Shown here: in pieces, positions 38,778-47,483 of the stretch | Layout: each line of letters opens with the position of its first letter | Position numbering within the stretch: position 1 is the first letter of the stretch | DNA from: Alphaproteobacteria bacterium | GTDB lineage: Bacteria; Pseudomonadota; Alphaproteobacteria; Rs-D84 | Reading direction: 5' to 3' | Assembly: GCA_031549365.1 (NCBI GenBank) | Contig: JAVBPX010000007.1 | Span: 10,502 to 74,501 of the forward strand | Length of the DNA stretch: 64,000 nt | Program-made: the position numbers and the translations under genes | The notes under the pieces: generated by a model | The model's input: only the letters and a program-made list of their open reading frames with translations | Databases searched by the model: none | Told to the model about the DNA's origin: nothing

Positions 38778-40277
38778 ATGCCAAAAATTAAATGCGCGAT
38801 ATATGTTCGTAAATCGACCGAGAAAGGTTTGGATATGGAATTTAATTCATTACATAACCAAGAAGATTCTTGCCGATCATACATCGCATCGCAATCATTC
38901 AACAACTGGGAATATTACAAAACATACACTGATGGTGGAATATCTGGTGGCACCATGGAGCGCCCCGCATTACAACAAATGTTGAACGACATCGAACACG
39001 GATTGATACAAATTGTGGTGGTTTACAAAGTCGACCGCCTGTCACGACCCATCATGGATTTTCATAATATGATAAAACGTTTTGAAAAATATAATTGTGA
39101 TTTTGTTTCAATTACCCAGGCTTTTGACACATCCTCATCAATGGGAAAACTGACGCTGAATATGTTATTGTCGTTTGCCCAATTCGAACGCGAAGTATCA
39201 TCGGAACGTGTCCGCGATAAAATCCGAGCCAGCAAAGCCAAAGGCCTGTGGACTGGCGGAATGCCAAAATTGGGATACGATATTATCAATCGTAAATTGG
39301 AAATAAATCTGGACGAAGCCGATCAGGTTAAATTCATATTTGAAACATATTTGATTGTTGGATCATTGTCTGAATTATCCGAAATTACCCGCGGCCGAAA
39401 TATCACTATGAAAAAATGGACAACCCAAACCGGTCACATTATGGGTGGTGGAATATTTTCAACCAGTTCATTAAACCGATTATTGCACGAAAAATTATAC
39501 ATTGGAAAAATTGAAAACAAACGCACAAAACAATTCTTTGACGGTCAACACGCGGCCATTATTTCGCCGGAATTGTTTGATGCTGTTCAACAAAAATTAT
39601 CCGACCAAAATCGCCGAAAAACTGAAACCACTAAACAATCAAACAATTTATTATCTGGTAAAATATTCAATGCCAATGGTCGGGCATTCACCAACCAATC
39701 AACAACGGGCAGTGATAAACGATATTACGCCAGTCCTGGGTTTTACATTCCCGCCCACGATGCCGAAAGAATTGCCACAGAAACCATTGTTGAATTATTG
39801 GACGCAGACCTTTCAAAACTGCCGCCCAACACAGCGATGTCCATGAAGCAAATTGATTTCAACGGATTGGAATATTTACAGCAACGCGAATTAATCAAGT
39901 CGTTAATCGCCAAAATCATATATGCAAATAATCAAATGACATTCTTCATAAAGCCCGACCCCGCTGTAATCCGACAATTCGCAACCAACACAATCAATGA
40001 AAACAATACACCAATGGATTTCATCATCGACAACAATACAATCATTATAAAACGTGATATAGTCTTTATGAAAGGCATCAGCAGCAATAAGTATAATGCC
40101 GGTAAAACAGGAATGCTGACTATCACCGACAACAACCACCTTATCACCCGGGCATTCGTGATTGCTTGGCGATTCCGTAAAATATATGAAGAACATGGCG
40201 ACACGAAACTACTGGCTAAAATGGAAAAAACATCATTGCGAAATGTTTTTAAATATTTGAATATTGCATATCTGTAA
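38778..40277 (+). CDS. Large serine recombinase; probably nonsense-truncated (frame continues to 40355)
   Basis: CAIYVRKS, DGGISG, YKVDRLSR and FAQFERE motifs; ends IAYL* followed in frame by PDKVNEIMSG. Confidence 0.92.
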   Translation: MPKIKCAIYVRKSTEKGLDMEFNSLHNQEDSCRSYIASQSFNNWEYYKTYTDGGISGGTMERPALQQMLNDIEHGLIQIVVVYKVDRLSRPIMDFHNMIKRFEKYNCDFVSITQAFDTSSSMGKLTLNMLLSFAQFEREVSSERVRDKIRASKAKGLWTGGMPKLGYDIINRKLEINLDEADQVKFIFETYLIVGSLSELSEITRGRNITMKKWTTQTGHIMGGGIFSTSSLNRLLHEKLYIGKIENKRTKQFFDGQHAAIISPELFDAVQQKLSDQNRRKTETTKQSNNLLSGKIFNANGRAFTNQSTTGSDKRYYASPGFYIPAHDAERIATETIVELLDADLSKLPPNTAMSMKQIDFNGLEYLQQRELIKSLIAKIIYANNQMTFFIKPDPAVIRQFATNTINENNTPMDFIIDNNTIIIKRDIVFMKGISSNKYNAGKTGMLTITDNNHLITRAFVIAWRFRKIYEEHGDTKLLAKMEKTSLRNVFKYLNIAYL

Positions 40278-40334
40278 CCCGATAAAGTAAACGAAATCAT
40301 GTCGGGCACAAAGTGTTACAGCCTTAACGATTTG

Positions 40335-40393
40335 TTCGAAATATCTACTCAATAATAAAACAGTGCACTGCCGAAAATGGGCATTGTATGTAA
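40335..40393. repeat. Element-end repeat, partial copy
   Basis: TTCGAAATATCTACTCAATAATAAAACAGTGCACTGCCGAAA..GGGCATTGTATGTAA, near-identical to 41902-41960. Confidence 0.9.
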
Positions 40394-40528
40394 CATGGTT
40401 AAAATCATCGACAATCAGGCAAAACCGCACATACGCAGTTCACTATACGAAAATAAAGGAGATAAAAATGGCTGAAACCTGCCACAACAAAAAAAGATAC
40501 TCAAACTGAGTATCTTTTTAATAAAACC

Positions 40529-40562
40529 TGGCGGAGGAGAAGGGATTTGAACTAGCGATACC
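40529..40562 (-). other. Degenerate tRNA-Ser 3' fragment (att-like scar)
   Basis: TGGCGGAGGAGAAGGGATTTGAAC..CGATACC versus the tRNA's TGGCGGAGAGAGGGGGATTCGAAC..CGATACC. Confidence 0.7.
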
Positions 40563-40691
40563 TTCGCTAGTTTTTGTCGCTTTTGTGGCGACAAACGTGG
40601 CTGAACGTCGAGGTTCCATGGGTTTTGCCCATAACCTGCCACAGAATTTCAATCCCTCACAAAAGCCAACATTGTGGCAATACCAGGCGTC

Positions 40692-41117
40692 TTAAATATG
40701 CACGATTTCGATATCTGGAAAATGTGTTGCCAAATATTCCGCAATCAAACGGCGATGGCATTTATCGGCGGTCTTTTCAGAACACAAAAAACACGCACCA
40801 TCCAAATCATCGGGTTTAAATAAATTCTCGACTTTTCGCGTCGCCAAAATTCCATTAAAAGTCTGTTCGTATTCTGGCCAACCGATTTCGTCGTCTTTAT
40901 AGTCTGACAACAGTTCTTTGGTCGGAGCCAGTTCCGGCATATAACAATATTTATCGCCCAATAATTTTTGCAAATTTGCGCCACTTGCCCATGGCACAAA
41001 TCGTGCCACCCGCCACATCCGAATATCAATCAATTTTTTGACGCGCACGGCATCCAGGATATCTGTAAAAATATCCTGACTTTTGCCACTGAAACCGATT
41101 GTATAAATCTTTGTCAT
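40692..41117 (-). CDS. DUF488 family protein
   Basis: IYTIGFS, LIDIR, ELAPTKELL and LCSEK...CHRRLIAE motifs. Confidence 0.85.
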   Translation of the reverse strand: MTKIYTIGFSGKSQDIFTDILDAVRVKKLIDIRMWRVARFVPWASGANLQKLLGDKYCYMPELAPTKELLSDYKDDEIGWPEYEQTFNGILATRKVENLFKPDDLDGACFLCSEKTADKCHRRLIAEYLATHFPDIEIVHI

Positions 41118-41118
41118 A

Positions 41119-41766
41119 TTAGTACAAGAATATGCCATTCAGCATCAAATAACAATGGTTTTCTTGCATTAAAAATGGTCGCGCCAGACCAATACGACAA
41201 TGTGCAAATTGTGATGCGGCAACCACTTCGTTCAATTTTTCAACATCATTGGTTTTATCAAAAATATCGCGGATGAATTTACAGCTGACTTTCAAATTAT
41301 ATTCTTTTTTTGAATAATCTGTAACCTTGGCGCGTAATTTCCCATTTTCGGTATGAAACTCAACATTTGCAGACGGGATCAAAATTGCACCCAAAGACGC
41401 ACATTTTGTCTGCTTTGGCACATATGAATTTTCTTTTACTTTGTGATTAAAAATACTCTGAATGTCCTTGGATACACTGTCGCGCAACAAGTTGGCGATT
41501 TTCTTACCCGGTTCAAAAACCTCCTGTACTTTGATTGATTCAAATTCAATATCCACATCTTCGGTTCGATGAGGATAGTCACGCGGTTCTTTAAATAGCT
41601 CATTATTCACAATGATTGATGAATATTGTGGCAACTGGTCTGCTTCCCATTATTTACCATCAATCATCAGCCGCTTCATCAGTCGTTCGTGCGTATCCCA
41701 ACCAGCCACACAAAATTTATCTTTCATACATGTAATGTCCGAGATAATAATATTTGATTTTATCAT
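41119..41766 (-). pseudogene. Dual-OB-domain-like gene with an in-frame stop at codon 39
   Basis: ATG at 41766 after SD AAGGAG reads MIKSNIIISDITCMKDKFCVAGW...DGK*WEADQLPQY; TAA at 41650-41652 is in frame with ORF 41119-41634. Confidence 0.7.
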
Positions 41767-41779
41767 AATAACTCCTTTA

Positions 41780-42112
41780 TCAAATAAAAAAAAAGCCCTG
41801 CCAGAAATAGCAGGACTAAAATTAAAAAAAGACGGATAAAATCCGCCTAAACATGTCCCATATTATATCATAAATCGTCAAAAAAATCAATCATAAATTT
41901 CTTCGAAATATCTACTCAATAATAAAACAGTGCACTGCCGAAATAGGGCATTGTATGTAAAGATCGAAATATCTAGGTGTTCCGGCAGATAAAATTACAT
42001 ACCATTGCAATAACCTTAAAAACGCATCAAAAAAATCCCCGGATTCCGGGGATAATTCAAGGGTTATCGACTTTGTTAAAAATTGCAGTAAAATCAACAA
42101 CTTATCTGGCGG
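41780..42112. repeat. Element-end repeat adjoining tRNA-Ser, with promoter (41862-41890) and tRNA terminator (42035-42053)
   Basis: Aligns with 18120-18442; the ATCCCCGGATTCCGGGGAT hairpin is identical in both. Confidence 0.9.
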
Positions 42113-42196
42113 AGAGAGGGGGATTCGAACCCCCGATACCGTTGCCAGTATACACGCTTTCCAAGCGGGCGCGATCAACCACTCTGCCACCTCTCC
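42107..42196 (-). tRNA. tRNA-Ser (GGA)
   Basis: GGAGAGGTGGCAGAGTGG...CTTGGAAAG...long variable arm...GGTTCGAATCC...CTCTCCGCCA; 90 nt with encoded CCA. Confidence 0.97.
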
Positions 42197-42264
42197 GGAT
42201 TTCTGGGATTACTATAACCACAAAACTCTAAACTTTCAAGCATAAAATCCATCCATTAAAAAAC

Positions 42265-42297
42265 AAAAAGCCCCAGGACAAATCCAAGGGGCTTTTT
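42265..42297. terminator. Intrinsic terminator of the outer-membrane protein gene
   Basis: AAAAAGCCCC...GGGGCTTTTT. Confidence 0.7.
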
Positions 42298-42319
42298 TAC
42301 AAGACCCGTTTCTAAAAGC

Positions 42320-43045
42320 TTAGAAATCAATTCCCATTTTAACACCAAATGACAATTGGTCTACGTCCAAATCCATCATTTCCGGAGCATACCCAACATA
42401 ACCAAACATTGTCATATTTTGGTTAAACATATATGTTGCGCCAGCACGAAAGTCCATAACTGCTGCATCGTCAGACACATCATCTTCCCCGAACATGTTG
42501 TATTCAATTTCACCCTTTACGCCAACTTTATCAGATGTTTTAATCATCAATTCGCCCAAGATTTTGTAATCCCAGCGCCCGCCATTAACATCAACATAAC
42601 GTGCGGCACCAGTTAATCCCCATGACAAATCTGTTCCACCATAGATTTTCGCTCCAAAGGTTCCTTCTTGTTCTTCGCTATCTTGGAATCCGATTCCCCA
42701 CATACCAAATACATTCAATCCGAACTCTTCGGTATTAACTAAACGGTAATCCAATCCGACTGTTGGCGTTGCTTCTGAACCACCAAAACGGAAATAATCA
42801 GATGTTGAAAAAGTTACTGACAAATCGTTTGTAATACCATATGCGCCATAAACATCCGTCATCCAATCATCCGCTTGACGTCCGTTGATATCGCCCAAGA
42901 ATTCTTCATTTTGAACAACATATTTTGTATCAACAACAACGTTGAAATGATTTTCAGCTGGACGGTATGTTGGCATCATTGTATTCGCAGCCATTGCAGA
43001 TGTCGCCATCAAAGCAAAAACTGAAGTTAACAATATTTTTTTCAT
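42320..43045 (-). CDS. Outer membrane beta-barrel protein
   Basis: Signal peptide MKKILLTSVFALMATSAMA; alternating beta-strand pattern; C-terminal Phe. Confidence 0.8.
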   Translation of the reverse strand: MKKILLTSVFALMATSAMAANTMMPTYRPAENHFNVVVDTKYVVQNEEFLGDINGRQADDWMTDVYGAYGITNDLSVTFSTSDYFRFGGSEATPTVGLDYRLVNTEEFGLNVFGMWGIGFQDSEEQEGTFGAKIYGGTDLSWGLTGAARYVDVNGGRWDYKILGELMIKTSDKVGVKGEIEYNMFGEDDVSDDAAVMDFRAGATYMFNQNMTMFGYVGYAPEMMDLDVDQLSFGVKMGIDF

Positions 43046-43199
43046 TCCTTTCTCCTTGTTTTTTATTACATAGCTATTGCTACATAACGAATCGTTGCAC
43101 ACATCAACAACAAAAGTCAACGGGTAAAAAATCCCATTGCTTTATGGTAAAATTAGATTATAATTTCATTCCACAAAAAGAATTATGAGGGAAATAAAA

Positions 43200-44093
43200 A
43201 TGTCATTTAAATCAGCATTGGAACCCGTTGTGCGCGACGTAAATTCTGCACTTGATAACTATCTAATAATTCCGAACAAACCATTTGATTTAATATATCA
43301 CGCAACTCGATACAGCGTCCTTGACGCAGGAAAAAGATTACGCGCATTTATGACTGTTGAATCTGGGAAATTATTTAACGTTTCATACGATTCCTGTATA
43401 CGTGCTGGCGCCACAATTGAAATGGTCCACGCATTTTCTTTAATACACGATGACTTGCCCGCATTGGATAACGATGACATACGCCGAGGCAAACCATCAT
43501 CACATAAAAAGTGGGGCGAATCGACTGCAATCCTCGCTGGCGACGCTTTGTTGAATCAGGCTTTCTATATTTTATCCTCTGACGAAAAAATATCGCCAAA
43601 CCCGGCAACCCGCCTGGAACTTGTTCGTGTACTTTCCGAATGCACAGGCATGATGGGAATGATATCCGGCGAATTAATGGATTTAATGGCCGAAGATGGC
43701 AAATCGTTCCAAACCATTGCCGATGTCGACATGATTCAATTTTATAAAACCGGACAAATCTTTACATCCACTTTGCTGTTTGGCGCGACACTTGGCAACG
43801 CAACGGATCAGCAAAAAAACGCATTAAAAACTTATGCTCGTACATTCGGTCTGGCGTTTCAAATTACCGATGATATTTTGGATGTCGAAGGCGACCCAGA
43901 ACTAGTTGGCAAAACTTTGCACAAAGACGCAAAATCCGGCAAAGCCACATACATATCAATCATGGGCTTGGAACCTGCCCGCAATACTGCAAAAAAATTA
44001 ATTGACGACGCAATAAACGCTCTATCAATTTTTGATGAACGTGCGGATAATTTACGTGAATTGGCAAAATATACTCTAACTCGGAAATCATAA
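43200..44093 (+). CDS. ispA: Farnesyl/geranyl diphosphate synthase
   Basis: GKRLR, HDDLPALDND..RRG and FQITDDILD motifs. Confidence 0.93.
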   Translation: MSFKSALEPVVRDVNSALDNYLIIPNKPFDLIYHATRYSVLDAGKRLRAFMTVESGKLFNVSYDSCIRAGATIEMVHAFSLIHDDLPALDNDDIRRGKPSSHKKWGESTAILAGDALLNQAFYILSSDEKISPNPATRLELVRVLSECTGMMGMISGELMDLMAEDGKSFQTIADVDMIQFYKTGQIFTSTLLFGATLGNATDQQKNALKTYARTFGLAFQITDDILDVEGDPELVGKTLHKDAKSGKATYISIMGLEPARNTAKKLIDDAINALSIFDERADNLRELAKYTLTRKS

Positions 44094-44095
44094 TC

Positions 44096-44653
44096 ATGGC
44101 GGAAAAAATTGATGTATTAAATTCATTCGGCGAAAAAACATGGGACATCCTCGATCGCGACACAATACACAAACTTGGCAAATGGCATCGGGGCATTCGC
44201 GTTTTTATTTTAAATGATAAAAACCAAGTTTTGTTACAACAACGCTCGGCAAACAAAGAGAGCTATCCAAACATATGGGACCTATCTGCGGCGGGTCACG
44301 TTGAATCTGGATCAACATCCATCGATACTGCAATCCGCGAAGTATCCGAAGAATTGGGCCTCACAATAACTCGCGATGAATTAAATTATTTGGGCACACA
44401 TACAGACTCGGATAATATCTCGGAAAATTTCATAGGTAACGCATTTTATGATATTTTCTTTGTTCAAAAAAATGTTGATATAACTACTTTAACATTACAG
44501 CCAGACGAAGTATCAAATGTCAAATGGCTACCATTTTCTGAATTGGTTGACCTTGTTAATTCTGATCACCCAGAATACATAATTGATCTTATTGAAATTG
44601 CCATGCTTTCAAAAAAATTAAATTATGCTTCAACCCGCCCCACCTGCGAATAA
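44096..44653 (+). CDS. NUDIX hydrolase (Idi-like)
   Basis: WHR...LLQQRS...WD; Nudix box GHVESG...AIREVSEELG; coupled to ispA. Confidence 0.85.
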   Translation: MAEKIDVLNSFGEKTWDILDRDTIHKLGKWHRGIRVFILNDKNQVLLQQRSANKESYPNIWDLSAAGHVESGSTSIDTAIREVSEELGLTITRDELNYLGTHTDSDNISENFIGNAFYDIFFVQKNVDITTLTLQPDEVSNVKWLPFSELVDLVNSDHPEYIIDLIEIAMLSKKLNYASTRPTCE

Positions 44654-44700
44654 AATAAAAAATGCCCCGACATATGCCGGGGCTACAATTATCCCTTATA

Positions 44701-45078
44701 CTACTTAAAATTTTGAACCTTTTTCTTGACAGCATCCGACACAACACTGGAAGCTCCTGTTTCATTTTTAATAGCCTCCATCAATATTTCTTTATCCTTA
44801 TTATTACCAATTGATGAATATACTGAATAAAAATCATCAAAATTAAAATCTTTAACCGATATTTTTAAAATCTCGATATAATTATTTTCTTCCAATAAAC
44901 GTATCAATAACTCAATATTTTCATCCATAAATTTATAACTGACACCAGCATACACAGCCAACGTTTTCATATCTGCGCGATCAAGAGCATCTTCTAAACG
45001 TTTTTGCTGCTCTAAATGCTTTACAGCTTTTTTTAAACGTCTTCTTCCAAAAATTGATAACATCACCATATCTAGCAT
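44701..45078 (-). CDS. Hypothetical protein
   Basis: 125 aa open frame, SD GAGG. Confidence 0.55.
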   Translation of the reverse strand: MLDMVMLSIFGRRRLKKAVKHLEQQKRLEDALDRADMKTLAVYAGVSYKFMDENIELLIRLLEENNYIEILKISVKDFNFDDFYSVYSSIGNNKDKEILMEAIKNETGASSVVSDAVKKKVQNFK

Positions 45079-45213
45079 TTACCTCATAAAGCCATTATAT
45101 CATACATACTATCTCCAAAACAAATATTTCCATTCATTGTGAAAAAATCCCCAAATTTGCTTTAATTTTTGCAACATGATATAATTCGTTAAAATAAACA
45201 ACGGAAATACGCA

Positions 45214-45864
45214 ATGATAAAAAACAATCCACTCCGCCACGCACTAATCCTCAGCCTGCCCTATCTAATCGCCATAATGGTCGCAGTAATATTATTTATA
45301 ATATCTGACCTCTACATTGAACATCCTGGCATAAACAACATGTTCATCAGTGTGGCCTCCACCCTGATCGGTGTTCCGACGGTGTTTTTATGCTATGACA
45401 TCATCCGGCACTTTACAACAATGGATCTGCGTCGTTCTTTGTTTAATCATTTTTCATTGGAAATGAACAAATCGATCCATGAAATTTTATTAACATTTCA
45501 ACGAATGCTCCGAAAATCAAGCGGCAAAACAGATGAACTCTATATCTTAAAATCATTAAACAAATCGGAAATCCAAAAACGCTTACGCATAAATGATTTG
45601 GACGTAAAAACATTGCATAATCAATCGATACACTTAAATTCTATCATACACGGCAACGCATACCGCTCGGCCCTATCGCGCGAAGAAATGCTAATGCTCG
45701 TAAACTTTTCGCGTACATTAAATGCGTTGATCCACGAAATGACTTTGAACGATAACAAACATCGCAACCTGGACGTAATCGCCACATTAATGATTGAATT
45801 ATTGAACATGATGGACGAACTCTCTGGCCTGGGCGAAACCGAAGGCCTCATCGAAATAAACTAA
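45214..45864 (+). CDS. Hypothetical protein with two N-terminal transmembrane segments
   Basis: 216 aa; two hydrophobic helices followed by a soluble domain. Confidence 0.7.
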   Translation: MIKNNPLRHALILSLPYLIAIMVAVILFIISDLYIEHPGINNMFISVASTLIGVPTVFLCYDIIRHFTTMDLRRSLFNHFSLEMNKSIHEILLTFQRMLRKSSGKTDELYILKSLNKSEIQKRLRINDLDVKTLHNQSIHLNSIIHGNAYRSALSREEMLMLVNFSRTLNALIHEMTLNDNKHRNLDVIATLMIELLNMMDELSGLGETEGLIEIN

Positions 45865-46144
45865 AACCAAACAACAAAACACCTATCCTAAAAATCGTTC
45901 ATATACCTAAAACAAAAAAACAATGGTTTCAAACTAAAAAATCGCGTCCGAATGTGGAATAAAATAAATAGTAAATATTTATTTTATGGAACAGAAACAA
46001 CAAATTTTTAATTTGTATGTTTCGCCGTTTGAATGGAAAAATTTATCGTTTTTCAAGGCCCGCTGTGTATATAAACATACATGACCGAGCCCAGGTCCGA
46101 AAAAATCATCAGCCACAGGATCCCCAATAATTTTTCCCACGGTT

Positions 46145-46271
46145 AAATCGTTTCAAAATGCGATGATTGGGTGAATTGCCGAAGTTTTTTGACGCGACGG
46201 AGCATATATAGACATATGTGACCCGCGCAAAAAACTAGCAATGCGCCCAAGGGCGCATTTTCAAACGATTT
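46145..46271. repeat. Palindromic MITE-like family C (RPE-like); other copies ~46045-46105, 47360-47486, ~49261-49367, 51639-51758, 56052-56179, remnant 61764-61782
   Basis: 17/18 terminal inverted repeat AAATCGTTTsAAAATGCG; central bulged hairpin with ATArAC loop. Confidence 0.8.
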
Positions 46272-47220
46272 CTGTAACGGCGCGCAACGCCCCATCCCTG
46301 GCCAACTGCACCACATGAATCTTTTTCTTCATTTCGGCCATTAATTCGGATCTGTTTAAACTCGGCTTGGTATGCAAAATTCTGTCTGCAAATGCGGCAT
46401 ATGCTGCCTCGGCTGATTCTGCATGAATGGTTGTATAAAAATGATCATGACCTGTGCCCATCATTTCCCACAAAATCCCGGCATTATCTGTCGAAATTTC
46501 ACCACCGATGATCACATCTGGGGTCATACGCACAACCAAATCCAATAATTTTGCATAATTAAAATTATTGTTTTGTTCGGTACGTGATAAAATAAAATGA
46601 ACCCGGTTTTCTTGCGGCACTTTAACCTCACGCGCATCTTCAACTGTAATAACGCGCAAATTTCTGTCCAACAAAGTCAACAAATGATTTAAAAACGTGG
46701 TTTTACCGGTGGACGTAGCCCCAGAAATCAAAATCGGCGACCCATCGTTAATGGCCGCCATCAAACGTTCATACGGATCATCTGGTCGAACCTTGCCGCG
46801 CTTTTTAATTGACTTCAAAGCCTCGCCTTTTTTCAAATGATAATTTTCAAAAGATGTATCTTTCGCCATAGTCCCACGAATATTTAACGCAACACCACCC
46901 GTAACATCATTATCGTCATACATAACATTTGGTCCCGCAATCCCAGTAAATCTGTGATTCCCGGGTAACGTAGCATAAACAACCGGATTCCCATGAATCG
47001 GATCAAACGGACGTTCGTAAATATTTGCAACTGTATGAATTAAATCGACCAAATATTGCTTTGATAACTTGTCGGACATATGACGCACCCACGGAACTTT
47101 TGTTCCATGCAAACGCATCCAAACCTCGCCCGCCCGATTAATTGCGATTTCCTCGACAAATTCAGGCTCAAAAAACTCGGCCAACGGTTTTATCAAAGTA
47201 TCTAAAACAATATCCGCCAT
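46261..47220 (-). CDS. virB11: Type IV secretion ATPase VirB11
   Basis: EEIAINRAGEVW, Walker A GATSTGKTT, ITVEDAREV, RMTPDVIIGGE and TTIHA. Confidence 0.88.
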   Translation of the reverse strand: MADIVLDTLIKPLAEFFEPEFVEEIAINRAGEVWMRLHGTKVPWVRHMSDKLSKQYLVDLIHTVANIYERPFDPIHGNPVVYATLPGNHRFTGIAGPNVMYDDNDVTGGVALNIRGTMAKDTSFENYHLKKGEALKSIKKRGKVRPDDPYERLMAAINDGSPILISGATSTGKTTFLNHLLTLLDRNLRVITVEDAREVKVPQENRVHFILSRTEQNNNFNYAKLLDLVVRMTPDVIIGGEISTDNAGILWEMMGTGHDHFYTTIHAESAEAAYAAFADRILHTKPSLNRSELMAEMKKKIHVVQLARDGALRAVTEIV

Positions 47221-47483
47221 AAAAATCCTCTCTCTGGCATATTTTACCACACCCTAATAAAAAACACAAAAGATAAAAATACCCAAAGGCACGCCACAAC
47301 TCCATAATCGCGTCAGAATCTAACAGTCATAATTAATTCAGACAACATTCACACTGTATAAAAACATTCAAAATGTGTCGAATGAGCGTGTTTACGAAGT
47401 TTTTTCAGCGGGAGGAGCGTATACAGACAGACATACCCCTAAAAAACGAGAAACGCGCCACAGACGGCGCGTTTTCAACGTTT

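Larger units (their letters stand above)
18432..42112. mobile_element. Composite genomic island at the tRNA-Ser(GGA) 3' end (may extend left to ~16.9 kb)
   Basis: Bounded by TTATCTGGCGG repeats; contains a serine recombinase, terminase, ParB-MTase and defence/accessory cargo; internal degenerate tRNA 3' fragment near 40529. Confidence 0.8.

Noticed and set aside
40529-40620. Second tRNA gene
   Set aside because: Only a degenerate acceptor/T-arm fragment; no D or anticodon arm.
40275-41652. Stop-codon recoding to explain two in-frame TAA codons
   Set aside because: TAA terminates many ordinary genes in the window; point mutation or sequence error is simpler.
1-42112. One complete prophage joining the capsid cluster and the terminase island
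   Set aside because: Separated by housekeeping genes (typA, mscL, gpsA); no portal or replication genes; island ends are defined independently.
41912-42231. ORFs of 92 and 84 aa over the tRNA
   Set aside because: Spurious frames across tRNA-Ser.
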